Source: a virus (taxonomy: Duplodnaviria > Caudoviricetes). Taken from it: a stretch of DNA of 64,000 nucleotides. Positions 1 to 13,099 of this stretch are shown here, piece by piece. The translations under genes and the position numbers were made by a program. The stretch covers positions 66,611 to 130,610 of IMG/VR virus record IMGVR_UViG_3300026522_000022; one strand, written 5' to 3'. Every line of letters begins with the position of its first letter. The stretch's first letter is position 1. The notes under the pieces are model-generated. The model did no database searches. It had not been told where the DNA came from and saw nothing but the letters and a program-made list of their open reading frames with translations.

Positions 1-274
1 TCGGTTTCCCGATATTTTAAAGGGTTTAGACTATACCATAAATTATAACATAATTTTTACAAAAATCAAATTGTTTAATTTCGCCCATTATAGTCGTTGA
101 ACGTTTCTCTGTTCTAGAGACTTCGCTGCGTCTGGTTGCCCAATCCTTAACGATTTTACCTTACCTTGGTCGCTAACCTTGCCACTAATATATCCCTATA
201 TTAGCTTGGTTGTTAAGGCTCTAAGGGCGTTCCCGCAATTTAGAGCGTTTAATGTGGGCCAGTGTTAGGTTTTA
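1..274 (-). mobile_element. Group I intron in the C-terminal nrdD gene (3' end lies beyond the window start)
   Basis: The NrdD frame stops after GTLAVG. P1 helix GUGGGU/GCCCAC has a U-G splice pair, and group I core words (TTGCGGGAA, GTTCAACGACTA, TATAGTCT) follow. Confidence 0.85.
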
Positions 275-709
275 ACCCACAGCAAGAGTTCCATGCTTAA
301 GGGCAGAACGGATTCCTTCTTCTGGGACATAACCAGCCATTACATTATTTTCATACATGAATGAAGCTGATTTAGGGTCTTGGCTACAAATCCACTCAAA
401 GCGTTCAATTAACATATCTTTCGCTTCGTGAATTTTAGTATCCAATAGTTCAAAGAACTTATCAATATCTCCCCTAGCCTCCATTGCTAAAGTGGGGAGA
501 ATAATAGTTACAGGACAGATGTTACCCCTACCGTCTTTTTGAGCTGCTGAAATGTAATTATCATATAGATGTCCTGTTTCTATTACCGATTGAACGTTCG
601 CTTGATAGGAATCGAATGCATTTACATCTGCTCCGTTCTGTGTCCTGCATCCCATGGTCGAGAACAGTTCTACTGGGGTTTCAGCTTGTTTAATTCTTAT
701 TTTTTTCAT
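275..709 (-). CDS. nrdD: Anaerobic ribonucleoside-triphosphate reductase, C-terminal polypeptide, first exon
   Basis: FSTMGCRT, GRGNICPVTIILPTLA and HGTLAVG motifs. Own ATG at 709, 1 nt after the TAA of the N-terminal part, with GAGG upstream. Confidence 0.85.
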
Positions 710-710
710 A

Positions 711-3167
711 TTAAGCATCCTCTTCATATATTTCAAGCATTAAAATATTTTGTAATTCTGGGTTTTCTTCTAATTTTGCAATTAAAATATTATATTGTTC
801 TTCTGTTAAAGAATTTATATATTCTTCTTTTTGTTTCCTATCATAATCAATTCAATCTTTTTGCATTTTAACATCGCAATTAGCATAATTGGGATATAAT
901 CTTTGAGAAGTAGACTTTAAAGCCAATCTATAAAGGTCATAGTTCGGATCACCTGGTTCACGATTAACACCTTTCATGCATTGGAAGATACCACACATTT
1001 ATACCGTTGTTTTCACAATACTTTAACGCTTATTTAAAAGCCGGATTAGACTATATCATTACTATTATAATATTTTTATAATAGCACAGGGCACTTCGAA
1101 ATTATATTGCTATAATTCTACTCCATATAGGATAGTCGTTTGACCTTATAATATTTCTTTAAAATAATAACCATTAATTGATTGTCCGTCTTGAACTCTT
1201 CTCCATAGAGTTGTAAGACTAATATTATATGCTTTTGCAGCTTTAGTTATAGAAGGAAAATTTTCAATATATTGATTGCTTTTATTATAAACAGCAATAT
1301 CATGTCCTTCTTTATCTCCAATTTTTTTGTTCCTATCATTATAATTATTATTATAAGATACGGTACACCATTCAAGATTTTCAACCCTGTTATTCGCAGG
1401 ATTTTCATCTTTGTGATTTATAATTTGATAATTATTTGGATTAGGAATAAATGCTTCTGCTACTAATCTATGAATAAAAACACGTTTTTTCTTTCCAGCT
1501 TCCGATAATACTACTCTTAAATGACCGTCCGCTGTTACTTCTGGTTTTAATATCTTTTCTTTATAATGTCTAATCCCTGTTTTTGTTTTAACGTTTCTTT
1601 CATTTGCTTTAACGTTTCCTAAATTACTAACAGAATATAAGTTATTATAAATTTTTATCCATTGTTCTTTCAATATGCTTGTCCCTCCTTTCTTGGAGAT
1701 TTTTTAAAGAAATATTATCTTGGCACAGGATTGTCATGCTTTAAGAATAATAAAGTTTAGAGTTTCCCTGTTAGCAAAAGTATCTCAATAGTCATTTCCT
1801 ACTATATTTTACTTTCACACCCGTCTCTGACGGTTCACCCTGTTTTAATTCCCCAGTGGTTATATTTTAGGGAAAATGCTAGTTTTATGAAGCTTACCAA
1901 GACCTTCAATGCTTACTTCAAGAAGTGCCTTTGTAACTAAACGACCTTCTGGTTCTGTGCAAGTACCATAGTTAATTGAAGTGAACGGTCAAATCTGTTA
2001 TCGCAAAGGCTTTTTGTCCTTTGCTTCTTATAGTTTCCTATAAGTTCAGCATATATTTTCACCTTCGCCATTGCGCGTTAAGGGCGGACACTCGTGGACG
2101 AATTATATTTATTCATCGTCTATGCGTTACGGTTCTTAATAGCCTTTCGCAATCTATTAAGTTACCTCGGGGTTAACATATCTAATGACTTAGTCCTTCC
2201 CCGATTTTGCCCGGATTTTCATAAGTATCTCTACTTAAGCAGCCACTCTTTCTAGCTGATTACCACTACGACTTTGAAGAGTATTTAAGTTATGATACAT
2301 GCCTTCAACAGCTTGACGAGTTTCTTTCTCCGTCATATCAACAGCATATTTGTATGCGGCTGGATGCATTTTATATTTTTCATCCATAACAGACATGGTA
2401 TTATTTACATCTGCTTCGAGCCCAGCTTCACAATATTTCATACCATCTAAAAAGTGCTTATAGAAGCTCTTGCGGACGTAAGGAACCATTGTTCAATCAA
2501 GATGTGTAGCTGCAACTCCGCCAAACTGTTGTAGAGACTGAAGCTGAAAAATAACAGCCACAAGCTGCATAGCTGTATTGATACTATTAGCAGGCCGCAC
2601 ATCTGTTTGTCTAGTATTAAAACCATTAGCAAGCAAATCATCAAATGGGATAGAAAGACAATTGTGTGCGCCAATCGCATATGAGTCCAAGTCGTGAATG
2701 TAAATTTCATTATTTATATGGTTTTCTCTAGACATTTTAGACACAAGATGGTCAAGAGCATATTGCTTCATAACTACATTATTAGCCTCACCCCTGCGGC
2801 CACCGAAAGAATATTCATCAACATTGGCATTTTGATTTTGGACGTTTGAAGCTAAAAGTTTTTCTTTAATTGCTTCTTCTGTCTTTTTCTTTCTAGCAAG
2901 TTCATGGTCATATCTATATCTAATATAAGCTTTGGCTTCATCAATATAGCCATTGTTAATTAAACAATCTTCAACTATATCTTGAATTTCTTCAACTGAC
3001 ACATTTTTCTTATGTAATTTTTTAATAGCTGTTTCAATATCATTTAATACTACCGCATCATCAAATTCTTTTCCTAGTTCTGTAAATGCGCCAGATATAG
3101 CAATAGAGATTTTTTCTAGGTTATATTTTACCTTAGTACCATCTCGTTTAACTACTTTTATTCGCAT
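711..3167 (-). CDS. nrdD: Anaerobic ribonucleotide reductase, N-terminal polypeptide (ATP-cone); exons 3167-2254, 1989-1869, 995-711; two TGA=Trp
   Basis: ATP-cone VVKRDG; IYIHDLD..HNC; THLD-W(TGA)-TMVPYVRKSF. Splicing restores GNQL/PFTSINYG and SIFP/CGIFQ. The exons sum to 1320 nt, in frame. Confidence 0.9.
996..1868 (-). mobile_element. Group I intron 2 of nrdD, with an HNH homing endonuclease
   Basis: P1 UUCCCU/GGGGAA, terminal G at 996, in-frame exon junction. Confidence 0.9.
1146..1673 (-). CDS. NUMOD4-HNH homing endonuclease (intron-encoded)
   Basis: YSVSNLGNV (NUMOD4) and HRLVAEAFIPNP..INHKDENPANNRVENLEW (HNH). Confidence 0.92.
   Translation of the reverse strand: MKEQWIKIYNNLYSVSNLGNVKANERNVKTKTGIRHYKEKILKPEVTADGHLRVVLSEAGKKKRVFIHRLVAEAFIPNPNNYQIINHKDENPANNRVENLEWCTVSYNNNYNDRNKKIGDKEGHDIAVYNKSNQYIENFPSITKAAKAYNISLTTLWRRVQDGQSINGYYFKEIL
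1990..2253 (-). mobile_element. Group I intron 1 of nrdD (no ORF, 264 nt)
   Basis: P1 CAGCU/GGCUG, terminal G; the junction restores GNQLPFTS. Confidence 0.88.
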
Positions 3168-3184
3168 ATATCACGCTCCATCTA

Positions 3185-3241
3185 TACTATATTTTGATAT
3201 TTTTCTATAATATATTATTTGAAAGCCACAAAATATAGATT
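3185..3241. promoter_or_regulatory. Two NrdR-box-like sites upstream of nrdD
   Basis: ATACTATATTTTGATA and (reverse) ATCTATATTTTGTGGC resemble acaCwAtATaTwGtg and lie just upstream of the RNR start. Confidence 0.5.
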
Positions 3242-3857
3242 ATACGTTTTTGGCCAAACCTTTATGTATCCCATGAATTTTAATTCAATAATATATCATA
3301 GATACTATTTTAGATGAATCTTTTTCATTATGAAAAATAAGAAAATCCTTAAAATAATCGTTTAAATATTTTTCCATTTTCTTAAAATCTTTATGGTCAG
3401 CAATAATACGTCTAATAAATTCTTTTTTAAGTTTATTTTCACGTTTTATTGACCTATTTAATCTAGTAAAAACATTTGTATCTATATATATAGGAATAAT
3501 AGTATAAAAACTTTGCAGTTCATTTAATTGTTTTAAACTTTTAGGATTAAAAATTCCAATATTTATCATAGTATCGACTATTTGAAATTTATTTGTTCCA
3601 TAATATCAATTATTAAATTTAGTATATTCTAAATACCGTCCAAATATAATATTATGCCCGAATACTTTATTAGAAACAAAATGATAATCTATATCTTGAT
3701 ACTCATCTTTTCTTCGCGGTCTAGTTGTATCGTGTAACAAAAGTTTTGAAGGAATATTATTTTTCTTTAAAAGTTTATGCAATTCTATTGCTAGAGTATT
3801 TTTTCCAGATGCAGATTTTCCTAAAAATGCTATAATTATAGGTTTAATTTTCTTCAT
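3240..3857 (-). CDS. Guanylate kinase-like protein (two TGA=Trp)
   Basis: GKSASGK P-loop, TTRPRR..E..DYHFVS, FNN-W(TGA)-YYGT. Joins ORFs 3606-3857 and 3285-3569. Confidence 0.85.
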
Positions 3858-6800
3858 CTTTTTCTCCCCAACGTTTATTAGTAAACTCTAATGTACCATC
3901 CTCGTTAATCTGAGTAATCTTATAAAGTTGGTGTGAATTTGTCTTTTTATAAGCTTTCGTAAAGAACATATTTCCACGACGAAAACCATTCACCATTACT
4001 TTTGTACCACGAGTAAACCAACCATTTTCCTTTACTTTTTTTGTTCCATCAATCTGAACTTCACTAATCCTTCTATTATACTTTGCATAATAATCACGAC
4101 TAAATTTAACTGTTACAACTCCACTGTTCGGAGTCAAAATACTAATTGATGATTTATTATCATCTTTCGCAATTACAGTCCCAACAATTCTTAATGTTTT
4201 AAAAATTGGAATCCGCACATTGTTTCTCTTAAAGGTATAATCAACAACTGGATCTTCTGGCAAATACTCATATTCATGAATATTATACTTCTCACAATCA
4301 ATATTCTTCAAAACATGTGGATGATAATAAAATCCTAAACTATCCATTTCCCAATCAGACAATGTACCTTCCGCATACTTATCCCATACCTCTTGGAACA
4401 AAGTATTATTCAATTTATTAAGAATATCTTCTTGATGCTGCTTAAAATATGTGCGGGCCGCATCCATTCCCTTATCATAAAGTTTCTTCCAAACTTTCTG
4501 ACTAATTACCAATTCACCATCAATATTTGGTTCAAGTAAATCTACATCAAAAAATTCTTCATAAAAGTCATAATAATTATCTTTTACAATAAAATCATCA
4601 CCACTTTTACAATTTGCTTTTAGTGCTTTATTAAACACAAACAATCTTTTTTGAAACTCAAGATGTTCTGGAATCAAATTTCTTTCCATTAATCCATTAA
4701 AATTTTGAAGTGTAATTCTCTTTTTTGGTTCGCAAACACTCCAAATATATTCTTTCATAATTTCTTCTCTTTTACCAAATGAATCAAATGCTCCACTCTT
4801 AATCAAAGAAATCATAACAGTTTTATTACACTTAACTTTCTGTTGAAAGTCTGTTAAACTTGCGTATGGTCTATTCGCAATAATTTGCTGAATAATTTCT
4901 CCACCAACGCCATTTAATGCCTTCATGCCGTATAGAATCGTGTCTGTTACAACATCCGGTTCAAACATATAACCAGAACGATTAATATCAATCAATGATA
5001 CATCAATGCCGCGATTAATAATATTACCTACTGCTTTTGCAATCTTACCATAGTTTGTACTTGCTTCTTCCTCCAAACCACTGTCAACTCGAAGACAAGC
5101 TGTATTCCAATAGACAGGATTGAAATAAGTTGCGAGATAAATCGTTTGCAAACCAACAAAACTATATGCTAAACTATGAATTAAACTAAAACTATCATTC
5201 ACCCTCAAGTTTCCAAGAGGAATAGACTATCTCTTACCCGCTTTCGCGGGAACACCCATTTCCAATTACGTATCAATAGTAATTGTACTCCCAGTCTCAC
5301 CCAGGATAGTCGTTACAGGTTTCTTAGTGGATATTTTATATTGTTATCTTTATGTGTTTCGCCCTTATTGATACGTCGGACTGTTTCAATAGAGCAATTA
5401 TATTTTTGACTTATTTCTGTTATTGATAAATTGTTTTGTAACAATTCTTCTTTTATGTAGTCTGCTTTATTTTTCTTTCTTATTGGATAAGTAGGATACA
5501 ATCCTTTTCTTAATTTTCCACTATTTATTTTTTTAACAGTAGAATATCCAATATTTAATTGTCTTGCTATGTCAGCTAAAGATAAATAAGATTCAGTTAA
5601 TAATTCAATTAATTCGTCATAATCAGAATCTTTTTTATAATACTGAAAAAGAGGATAATCAATATCTTCATCGTGATAATAAATTCCATGATTAACAGAT
5701 GATATAAAACTTGCACTTATATTATATTTATTTTGTAACTCATAATATTCAATACCTTGTTTTATATCTTCTTTTAATTGTTGAATTTGTTCATTAGATA
5801 ATTTACCTTCATACTTGCGAGATCCACCCAAGTCCATGTTATATCCTTGTCCAAATCCGCAATATGATTTTTTATTATCAATTCAATATTGTTCTCGACT
5901 ATTTATATAATTTTGATCATTACTAGTTCCTTGCTCCAATAAATATATATTAAAATTATTTTCTCCATATTGTCTAATTTTTTTATGAATAAGATCATTA
6001 TAAGAACTAGCATTTTTATTAAAAGCACAAGAACGATGTTCATTAATTCGACGGTTATAATTATTAGTTTGTCCGACATAATTATGACCATTAATTTTAT
6101 TTTCATAACAATATATATAATACATTTCCACCAAGCCTTCCCACGGGATTGCCATCACAAATGGGGTATATTTTATACCCTCATTATATATTAGGTTTCC
6201 CCGTTAGCCAATTATAAAAATTGACCCCGCCGATAAACGGAAAAGGTGTTTAGGGGCAAGTTTTTTGTTTACCCCATCTGCGGCTTAATTGCTGTTTCCC
6301 AAATATACGCACCAAGATTTTCTGAAGTTGCTCTATCCATTACTCTTTGATGAAGTTCTTCAATACGATTCATTTGTTTCTTTGCACAAATTTTTCTCGC
6401 ATCGTTCGCTTCTTTCAATGTAAACCCGCAAATATCTTTGTCCATCAAAATCATCATCATATCTTCTTGCTGTGCGGGCGTTGCATAAGTTGACAGATAA
6501 TACTTTTCCAATACCGCAATATCATGTTGAGTAATATGCCATCTTTTAAGCTCATCATACCAAAGATTCATATTATCCATCATTCGCTTATATCGTTCAG
6601 TCGGCGTCTCTCCACCTTTTTCTGTTGCCATCAGCCGCATACAACTATTACTGTTTGCCATTTCCTTTGGTGTGCGCGGCTGCAATGTTTTAACTGTCTG
6701 ACTTCCAACTTGTGAATCAAACTGGAATAACTTCAAAACATTTCCAGATGCTAATGTATCCCACATTTTATCATCTTGAATCGGCAAAACATCTGGATGA

Positions 6801-8741
6801 ATGTACTTATTATAAACTTCTCGCAAAGTTAATTCTGGTTCAATTTCTTCATGCTCTTGGAGCATTTGAATACACTGAACAATAACATCCTGAATTTCTG
6901 TTACAAGAAAATCATACTTTACATCACCTACATATTCCGCGTCATGAAGTGAATATTGAGTTACAATTGCTCCACTCGTTGCTTTCATAAAACATGCTGT
7001 CTTATATGGGTCATTATCATAAAAATTAACGCCTGACGCATGAATACCACGATGGTTAATAAGACCCTCAATGTTTTCAATAATATTCAAAAGTCCTGGA
7101 TACTTGTTTACTTCATTAATAAAATTCTTTACTGGTTTGCGGCCAGTCTCTTCGTTTCCATATACCAGATCATGAATCGGCCAAACAAATCCTCGCTCAG
7201 ATGGCGCAAGACTTGTCATATACTGCGCAATATCGTTGTCAATTCCATTTGGAAAACTTTCACTACGATAACCACGACATGCTGTTGCAATTGCAGAACG
7301 AGTTGACTCTGTTCCATATGTACAAACTTGAACACATCCAAGTTGTCCGCGCTCTTCACGAATCTTACTAAAAATCTTTTCTCTCTTGGATGGACAAATA
7401 TCAATATCAATGTCGGGGAGTTCTACACGATCTTTATTCAGAAAACGCCAATATGGAAGTTCATACTTAATCGGGTCAAGCTGTGTAATACCGAGAAGAT
7501 AATGATTTAATCCTGCACAAGCTGAACCACGACCCGCGCCTACTGTGCTGCCGCACTCCCAAAAAAGATTAATATAATGCTGAAGAAAGATTGGATAACT
7601 AAACATACAAGTTTCCAACTTATCTCCAATTGTTTTTTGAATATCTGCTTCCTCTTCAAGACGCTGAAGATAAACATCATTATATAAACCAAGTTCTTTA
7701 AGTTTATCTACACAATAATTAACCCAATATCTTTCTTGAATTTCGTCACTTTGATAAAGATAATCAAGAGTTTTATATCCAAGAGAAGATGAAATCTTAG
7801 GATAATTATGAACCTCTACTTGCGGCACCTGCTGTTTGTGTGCCAAATTAAAATTTTCAATCTTATCATAAATCTCTATTGTATTCTTTTCAAGTTCATA
7901 ATAATCAAGGCCAGTATCTTTAAGATTTTCAATTACTTCTTCAGTTGATTGAAGATATGCATACTCATAAAATGCATCGACTTCTCGCTCACCATTCTTT
8001 GAATTAAGATATGCTTTATGAACTTCTCTATCTGCTTTTGAAAGATAATGCGCGTCAGTTGTTACAATAATCTTAACACCAAAATATTGCGCGAGAGCTT
8101 TCATGCGGCTGTTGACAACCATCTGCTCTCTACTTCTTGCTGGCTGAACTTCAAAATAATAATCATCACCGAACACATACTTGCACCACTCAACAAAGTC
8201 AATAATTTGATTATAATACTTTGTTTTACCCTCAATGTTTCCAAGATGTTCAGCCTTGCACATTTCAAGAATACAATAATCAAGTTCTGAACCAAGACAT
8301 GCGGAGGATGCAATTAGATTTCCTCGACCATACTTTCTCACAATACCTTCGAGGTCACTTTTAAGAGTTGGAACCCTCTCCATACCACGGTCATAATAAC
8401 TATTCATCCATGCAATAGACGAAAGTTCACGTAACATTTTATGTCCTGTTGCATTCTTTGCAATCAAGATAAAATGATAATATTTTTGCCCAGTTTCTCT
8501 CGTATCAGTAAGATAAATTTCATTACCGAGTGCTACTTTAAAATCAGGATATTCTTTCGCAATTTGATGACGATATTTATCTATAACCACATGACCGCCG
8601 AGAGACTCGTGATCCGTAACGGCGATCCCCGTAAGTCCAAGTTCAATTGCTCTATCTATAAGTTTTTCTGGGAAGTTAATTGAGTCAAAGTAAACGAATA
8701 TTGCTGTACATTGTATGACTATGCAGCTCCATCCTACCCAA
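3844..8741 (-). CDS. dnaE: DNA polymerase III alpha subunit; needs a +1 frameshift at 8690-8684 and splicing of intron 5196-6270
   Basis: PHP motif HSHTMYS..LL/DSIN..GIAVTDHE, GRGSA, PDIDID, HASG, MG/YSFSLIHS. Segment lengths are in frame after one skipped base. Confidence 0.9.
5196..6270 (-). mobile_element. Group I intron in dnaE
   Basis: P1 GGGGU/GCCCC, terminal G; the junction restores MGYSFS. Confidence 0.9.
5313..6125 (-). CDS. GIY-YIG homing endonuclease in the dnaE intron (TGA=Trp at 5885-5883)
   Basis: YIYCYENKING..YVGQT..R..EH; REQY-W(TGA)-I..GYN; C-terminal HTH repeats. Confidence 0.85.
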
Positions 8742-8846
8742 TATTCTCCCTCCTTTCAAACTATTCTTTCTCAATTTGTATATTTATTATATCATAAAAA
8801 AACAGAGCTGTCAAACGACAGCTCTTATTACCTTATAAAAATTAGA

Positions 8847-9092
8847 TTACTTAAAGGCCGCACAAATTTCTTGCAACTGTTTTTGGTTTTGAATCACTTC
8901 ATTGATGACTGTATTTGGTACAGTAAACTCTACATATATTTTATGTTTTTCTGTATCTGCGCGAAGATTATCTGGAAAATAAAACATTACTTCATTTGAC
9001 TCTTCATCAACGGGGCCTCGAAGTAAAAATGTAGAAAATTGGTGCGCACGCATAAAATTTAAAAATGGTTGATAAGCATCATCAAGTTCCAT
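8847..9092 (-). CDS. Hypothetical protein
   Basis: Clean ORF with an upstream SD, co-oriented with neighbours. Confidence 0.6.
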   Translation of the reverse strand: MELDDAYQPFLNFMRAHQFSTFLLRGPVDEESNEVMFYFPDNLRADTEKHKIYVEFTVPNTVINEVIQNQKQLQEICAAFK

Positions 9093-9101
9093 ATTAATAT
9101 C

Positions 9102-9350
9102 CTATTCCTCTATTATGTCTTTTACACTTAAAAATAACAAAGCGATTTGTTCAAATCCTTGTTCATCTTTTCATTGAGAAAGTTCTTCTTTAGTGAATTG
9201 ACATCGTTCATCCTGGGTGGGGTCTATGATTTTTAATTTATTAACTATTTTATCAAACATAAAACTATGTAAAATTAACGAATCTAATTCAGTTAATAGC
9301 TCTTTAGGATTAAATTCTACATATTCTTCTGTATTCATTAGAACACCCAT
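9102..9350 (-). CDS. Hypothetical protein (one TGA=Trp)
   Basis: SD and ATG; open to TAG when TGA is read through. Confidence 0.55.
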
Positions 9351-9488
9351 TCCTCTCTTAATTTTCTATATTAATTATACCATATTATTTTTTATCTGTC
9401 AATTATTAAAATATCCTGCGCTAATAATTATAATTTTATACCATTAAAATAAAAAGGCTATTTTCATTTAAAAAAATAGCCTTTATCT

Positions 9489-10241
9489 TTAAAATGATCA
9501 ATCTTTTAGCAATCCATCTTTATAATAACCGAGCTTTTCAACTCCTTTTTGATTATTTTTATTAACTGTGCGGAAACCGGTTCCTTCTCAAGCTAAATCA
9601 AAATCATCAGGCAATGTCTGTTCACTACATAAAACATAGCATCTTTTACTTAATTCTCTAACCCAATCCCAATATTTTGCATGATCAAACCCTCGCTCTC
9701 AAGAATAACCATATTGAGTAGTGTTTTCATATGGCGGGTCACAATAAACAAGACTACCATTAGCAATATCCAAATTTTGATATTCACTACAAATGAAAGT
9801 TACATCTTCTAAATTTGGAATCTGAGCTTTAAAATTTCTATATCTTTCATCATATACATCACGGTTACGTCCAGCTTCAGCATAACTTCCACAAAATCCT
9901 TTCGCTGCGAAAGAATGAAAAAATGCATATGCTCCTTGTACATACAAAGGAATATCTGATTCAACTTGATCTCGATAAACATCTCGAGCTTTATTAAACT
10001 CTTCTCGAGAACAAGAAGTAGGAATTTTTGAAAAATCTTCTTGACCTTGTTTAAAAAGTGCAATTAAAATTTTATTCTTATCAGCACCATATTTATTTTT
10101 ACACTTTATCTTATCAATAATATTAGCACCGCCTACAAAAGGTTCTCAATAAATCTCTATTCCCTTTTTATCAATTATTTCTTGTAATTTTGGAACTATA
10201 TTTCCGGCATATTTTAATTTACTTCCCATATAAGTAACCAT
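9489..10241 (-). CDS. Dam-like DNA adenine methyltransferase (four TGA=Trp)
   Basis: YMGSK, Y-W(TGA)-EPFVGGAN and VYCDPPY motifs. Confidence 0.88.
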
Positions 10242-10251
10242 AAATTAACTC

Positions 10252-13099
10252 CTAAAAAACTCATTTAGTATCCAGTTTATAATCTTCTACAATAAGTTGA
10301 GCGCTAACATTCCCATTCCATTCATTTTTAGCTGCTCGACAAATTGCAGTTAAAATTTTATTTTGACCTATAAAATTTTCATACTCTTCTTGCGAAGATT
10401 TAAATTTCATAATATCAATTCCATTATCAAGATGAATCTTAATCGTTGGGTGCTTATCTGGAGAAAGTAAATGTACTTGATAAGGTTGAATAGAAATGTT
10501 TTCTATACAAATATAAGGTTCAGAAATTTCTTGTCCCCAATAAGGTTTTGCTTCTGCTATTGAGAGGATATCATCGCTGCTCATGTCATTCAAAGACCAA
10601 ATAAAGTCCACCCAATAGATAGGAGAATTAGATACATTTTTATATTGTTCATTTGTACTCTCTATAAAATCTTCTAATTTTGATTCTGGGATAGAAATAC
10701 CGAATGCTGAATCATGACCTTGCGCATATTCTACATCGCCCGTATCTTCACAGAGCTGCCGCATATCTTGAATTTCAGACATATTATAGTTGCGGGCGCT
10801 GCCACGATAAAACACTTCTTTATCATCTTTAGTTTTACTTTTAATTAATACTAAACAAGGACGCTGATATTTTGCTTGAATTTTATTTGCAACTAGTCCT
10901 GCGAGATTTTTTTCTACTTCTCCTGGTTCACACTTAAAAATAAGAATGGCATTGTCAAGAAGATTTTCCTCTAATATCTTGTTTTCAAGAAGAGCCATTG
11001 TCGAATCTTGTAACTTTGTTTGTCTTGCTTTAACATTGGTACAAATCCTTACTGCTTCTTCTACTCTTGGAACCATTTCTCCTTTGTGACCACGTTTGCC
11101 GCTAGGAATTTCCTCGAAAGCGTACATCTGTAAAAATGATTTAAAAATCATATCTTTTTCTTCTGCGGTTCCTGAACGAACCATAGCATTAATAAAAGGA
11201 GTTACATAAAATGCAATTGACATGTAATTAATGCCACCCATTTTATTAATACTAAACTCATTCTTTTCTGTCATATAATAAAAGAATGGGTTTTTAATAT
11301 TTTTTAATCCTAAATTAATAATAGCTCTGGTTTCTAATGAACGATAGTCCATCATATCAGACAACCACAAACTCTATTGTTTCCAATAGTGCAGACTATA
11401 TTTTACTCATATGAGTATATCTCTTTCGGTTTTCACGCACTTCGTTTCCTAAAATGCGGCTGCGTATCAATAGCAACCCTACTTCCCAGCATTTCAACCT
11501 AAGGAATAGTCGTTACAGGCTTCGATTTAAATATTCTTTCAAGTATATCTATAACAAACTTTTCTAATTGTTTCTTTTGAAACTTCTTGATAATCTTTAG
11601 CAATTTGTTTTCATTGCTCTCCATCATCAAATCTTTTTCTAATAGCTAAAACTTTTTCTTTTGTAAGTTTTGCTTTATTATTTCTTTCTCCAGAATTAGC
11701 GATTGAAGAATATTCTTGACGAGTTTTAGCTCCTTTAGGAATTATAAATTCTTGACCGATTTCTTTATAGCCATTTCCTAATCAAACATTTTCAAATGTA
11801 TTAAAAGATATATTGTTATAATCTTTATATACATCTACTTTTCTTTCTCCAAAAAATCTACGTTTTCTAATATCTAAAACTTGTTCATTGGTAAAAACTG
11901 CTTGATTAAAATCAGAACCACTTAAAGTTGAATTATCTCCGCCAGGAGTTAAATTATATCCTTTTTCTTTATCATTAGAATGATAAAAAGCAATTCAATA
12001 TTTTTCTCGTTCTCCCATCTGCATTCTATTTTCAGAATTGCAGAAATCAAGAATTTCTATTTCTTCAATTTTTCCATATTTATTAATAGCTAAATCACAA
12101 GGAGTTTTATTTGTTGATGGATTATTATGTTCTCACATTCTTCTTCTAATATCATTACTCATTCCTATATATATTTTATTATTAGGGAAAGTAATTTTGT
12201 AAATGCCAGACATATTATCCATTAAATCTTTTACTTGAATTTTCATAATACCTCCCTTCCGCAGGAGATATTTAAATCGATTCCCACGGGATTGCCATGT
12301 ATAATAGAGGTTTATCCATCATGTCTTCATGTCTCTATTATATTTAGGTTTCCCCGTTAGCAAATTATTGAGTTTTACCCAAAAATTTACCCCGCTGATA
12401 AACGGAAAAGATATATTAGCACGTTTATAAGTTCATGCCTAAAGCAGCTAAATCTAATAAATCAACAGAATGACATTTAACTTCAAAATAATTGCCACCA
12501 TTGGAAAAATAAGAGTCCATTGCACGACACATATGCCATGTTACGCCAGCACCACTTAAATTTTTATTAGGATAATCACAAATTTGATTATTAATTATAA
12601 TGGCATTTTTATTCCATACATCTGAATGGTGATGATCCATACAAATTACATCTATACCATTATCTAAAAGAGCTTGCATTTCATCTACATCATTAGTTCC
12701 TGCATCTGGTATAACAACTAATTTTGTCCAATTATCATTTAAAATATCTTCATAACAATCAGCTAATCCGTGTTGTTTACCTGTATGTAATATATAATCT
12801 ATATGCGTAGCCGCATATTCTGGTCATTGAGCGTATAGGTAATTAATAAATATCGCGGCAGAAGTAAAACCATCTGCATCACTATCTACAACAACAGTAA
12901 TATTATCTTCATCGTGATATGCTTGAATTATTCTTTGAATAAGTCTATTAACCATTTCTTGACCAAATAGACTTTCATCATAAATTTGTTTTCCATCTGC
13001 GTTTAACCAAGTATCTAATTCATCGAATTTTAATCCACGATTAATTAATACCTGGGTTAATGCTGAATATTTTGGTTCATTAAATATTTTGTAAATCAC
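10252..13099 (-). CDS. recJ: RecJ-like DHH ssDNA exonuclease; exons 13099-12435 and 11365-10252; two TGA=Trp
   Basis: DSDADG, DHH, LSGAGV, LAALGM/LSDMMD, GSAR, GHDSAFG. The exons sum to 1779 nt. Confidence 0.88.
11366..12434 (-). mobile_element. Group I intron in recJ
   Basis: P1 GCAU/GUGC, terminal G; core sequence closely resembles the dnaE intron. Confidence 0.88.
11527..12246 (-). CDS. GIY-YIG homing endonuclease in the recJ intron (several TGA=Trp; absent from the ORF track)
   Basis: SGIYKITFPNNKIYIGMSNDIRRRM-W(TGA)-EH; REKY-W(TGA)-IAFY..GYNLTPGG. Confidence 0.85.
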
